In this document: positions 62,946 through 64,000 of the stretch, in pieces
How positions within the stretch are numbered: position 1 is the stretch's first letter
Layout of the letters: each line of letters starts with the position of its first letter
From: Lama guanicoe
Taxonomy: Eukaryota
Assembly (NCBI GenBank): GCA_013239625.1
Contig: MU056000.1
Coordinates: 10,677,175-10,741,174, forward strand
Length of the DNA stretch: 64,000 nt
Reading direction: 5' to 3'
Notes under the pieces: generated by a model
Database searches by the model: none
What the model was told of the DNA's origin: nothing
What the model saw: the letters and a program-made list of their open reading frames with translations, nothing else
Program-made: the position numbers and the translations under genes

Positions 62946-63559
62946 TGAGAAAAGAAATGAATAGAAGTTTTTTAAAAACAATTGCATTTAGAGGGCTGAA
63001 GACAAATAAGAGTGTAGGTAATAAAAGCCTGCGGAGGCAGGAAATTCAAGGCGAGGGAGGAGACTAACAAAAAGCAGGAGAAGGTAACAGTGTCCTGTCG
63101 TCACGCATCAGGGAGCAAGGGCTCTGCCCAGAAGCTTGACTTGGGGTCCAGGAAAAACTCTGAGGGAGCGTTCTTGGCAGCAGAGGGGCGGAGAGGAAGG
63201 TCCATGGCCAGGAGCTGGGGAAAGAGTGGGCGGTTTCCTTTTTCCATAAAAGGGACTTATAGTCACTTGGGCTGGAAACCTTGGAATCAAATCTTCCACC
63301 TCCCTTGCCGCAGCCCACACATCCAAACAGTCATCTCGTTCTGTAAATCTCCCTCCCCAGTGACTCTCAGACTCCTGCCTTCCTTTCTATTCCCACTGCC
63401 AATGGCTTGGTTCAGGTGCCCAGTATACCTTCCGGGAACCTGTAAGGACCTCTGCGCAGCTCCCGTGCCCACGGGTGTTCACCTCTGTCATCTGTGTTTT
63501 ATTCTGCTGCCAGGTTATTTAGTCCTAAGTCTCGGTTCTGATTATAAAATAGCCACACA

Positions 63560-63695
63560 GGGTGAGGGGGCCTTGGACTAGAAACCCACAGCCAGCTCTG
63601 ACTTGCTGCGGGATCTTGGGAAAGATCTGCAGTAATCTCGCTAGGTCTGAGGATCTAATCTTTGAAGTGAGGGGTTGGATCAAGCTCTCTGACAT
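63560..63695 (+). mobile_element. Degenerate MIR
   Basis: ccagctctgacttgctgcgggatcttgggaaag...gtgaggggttggat. Confidence 0.5.
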
Positions 63696-63754
63696 TCATT
63701 GCCTCCGTACTGTCTGTCAAAAAAAAAAAAATCCTAGCCCTATTCTAACTCTTT

Positions 63755-64000
63755 CAGCCCTAACTCCTTTAACATACACACACCTTAGCCACAGTGAAAT
63801 ACTTATTGTCCCTTGATGCCTCCACCCCTCAGCTTGTACCTTCCTACCTCTGTTCATTTCACCTGCAATCCTTTGTCTGTTCATAGGGCATCCTATCCAG
63901 CCTCTGAGCCCAAGTTCAAATGCTGTCTATGAACGTTCTTGGACTCCCAGCTGAGAGCCATCTTACTCCATCTTCTCTGCAGGATGCTTTGCTATGTCCT
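63755..64000 (+). mobile_element. L2 fragment
   Basis: cagccctaac...ctctgagcccaagttcaaatgctgtc. Confidence 0.5.

Noticed and set aside
63090..63581. 163-aa ORF
   Set aside because: No recognisable homology or splice context; overlapping ORFs on both strands reflect local GC content
1..64000. CRISPR arrays, operons, rRNA or other prokaryote-type systems
   Set aside because: The sequence is mammalian; no repeat-spacer arrays, gene-dense regions or structural RNA genes were seen

Overview
Mammalian genomic DNA, very probably from a camelid: it carries vic-1-like tRNA-derived SINEs and many camelid-type L1 3' ends, and I saw no Bov-A/Bov-tA or PRE1 SINEs. It comes from a draft assembly with one 127-N gap. 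I cannot support any protein-coding gene. The ORF track is noise, apart from decayed L1 ORF2 and ERV-L pol fragments, so the window reads as intronic or intergenic DNA dominated by transposable elements: L1 of several ages, L2, MIR, MaLR/ERVL/ERV1 LTRs and hAT MITEs. The most interesting structures, read from target-site duplications (TSDs), are these. (1) An L1 with an apparent ~260-bp 3' transduction, later hit by a younger L1 (59.1-61.7 kb). (2) A poly(A)-tailed, TSD-flanked retrocopy of an LTR R-region-like mini-transcript (57.05-57.25 kb). (3) A two-LTR ERV-L provirus whose PBS is fused directly to integrase (10.4-12.6 kb). (4) An ancient MER131-like hairpin element (55.4 kb). (5) An L1 with a 5' fold-back inversion (29.9 kb). 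(6) Sites where the same target was used repeatedly. Family names come from my recall of consensus sequences, not from a database search. I found no evidence of a new multi-gene biological system.
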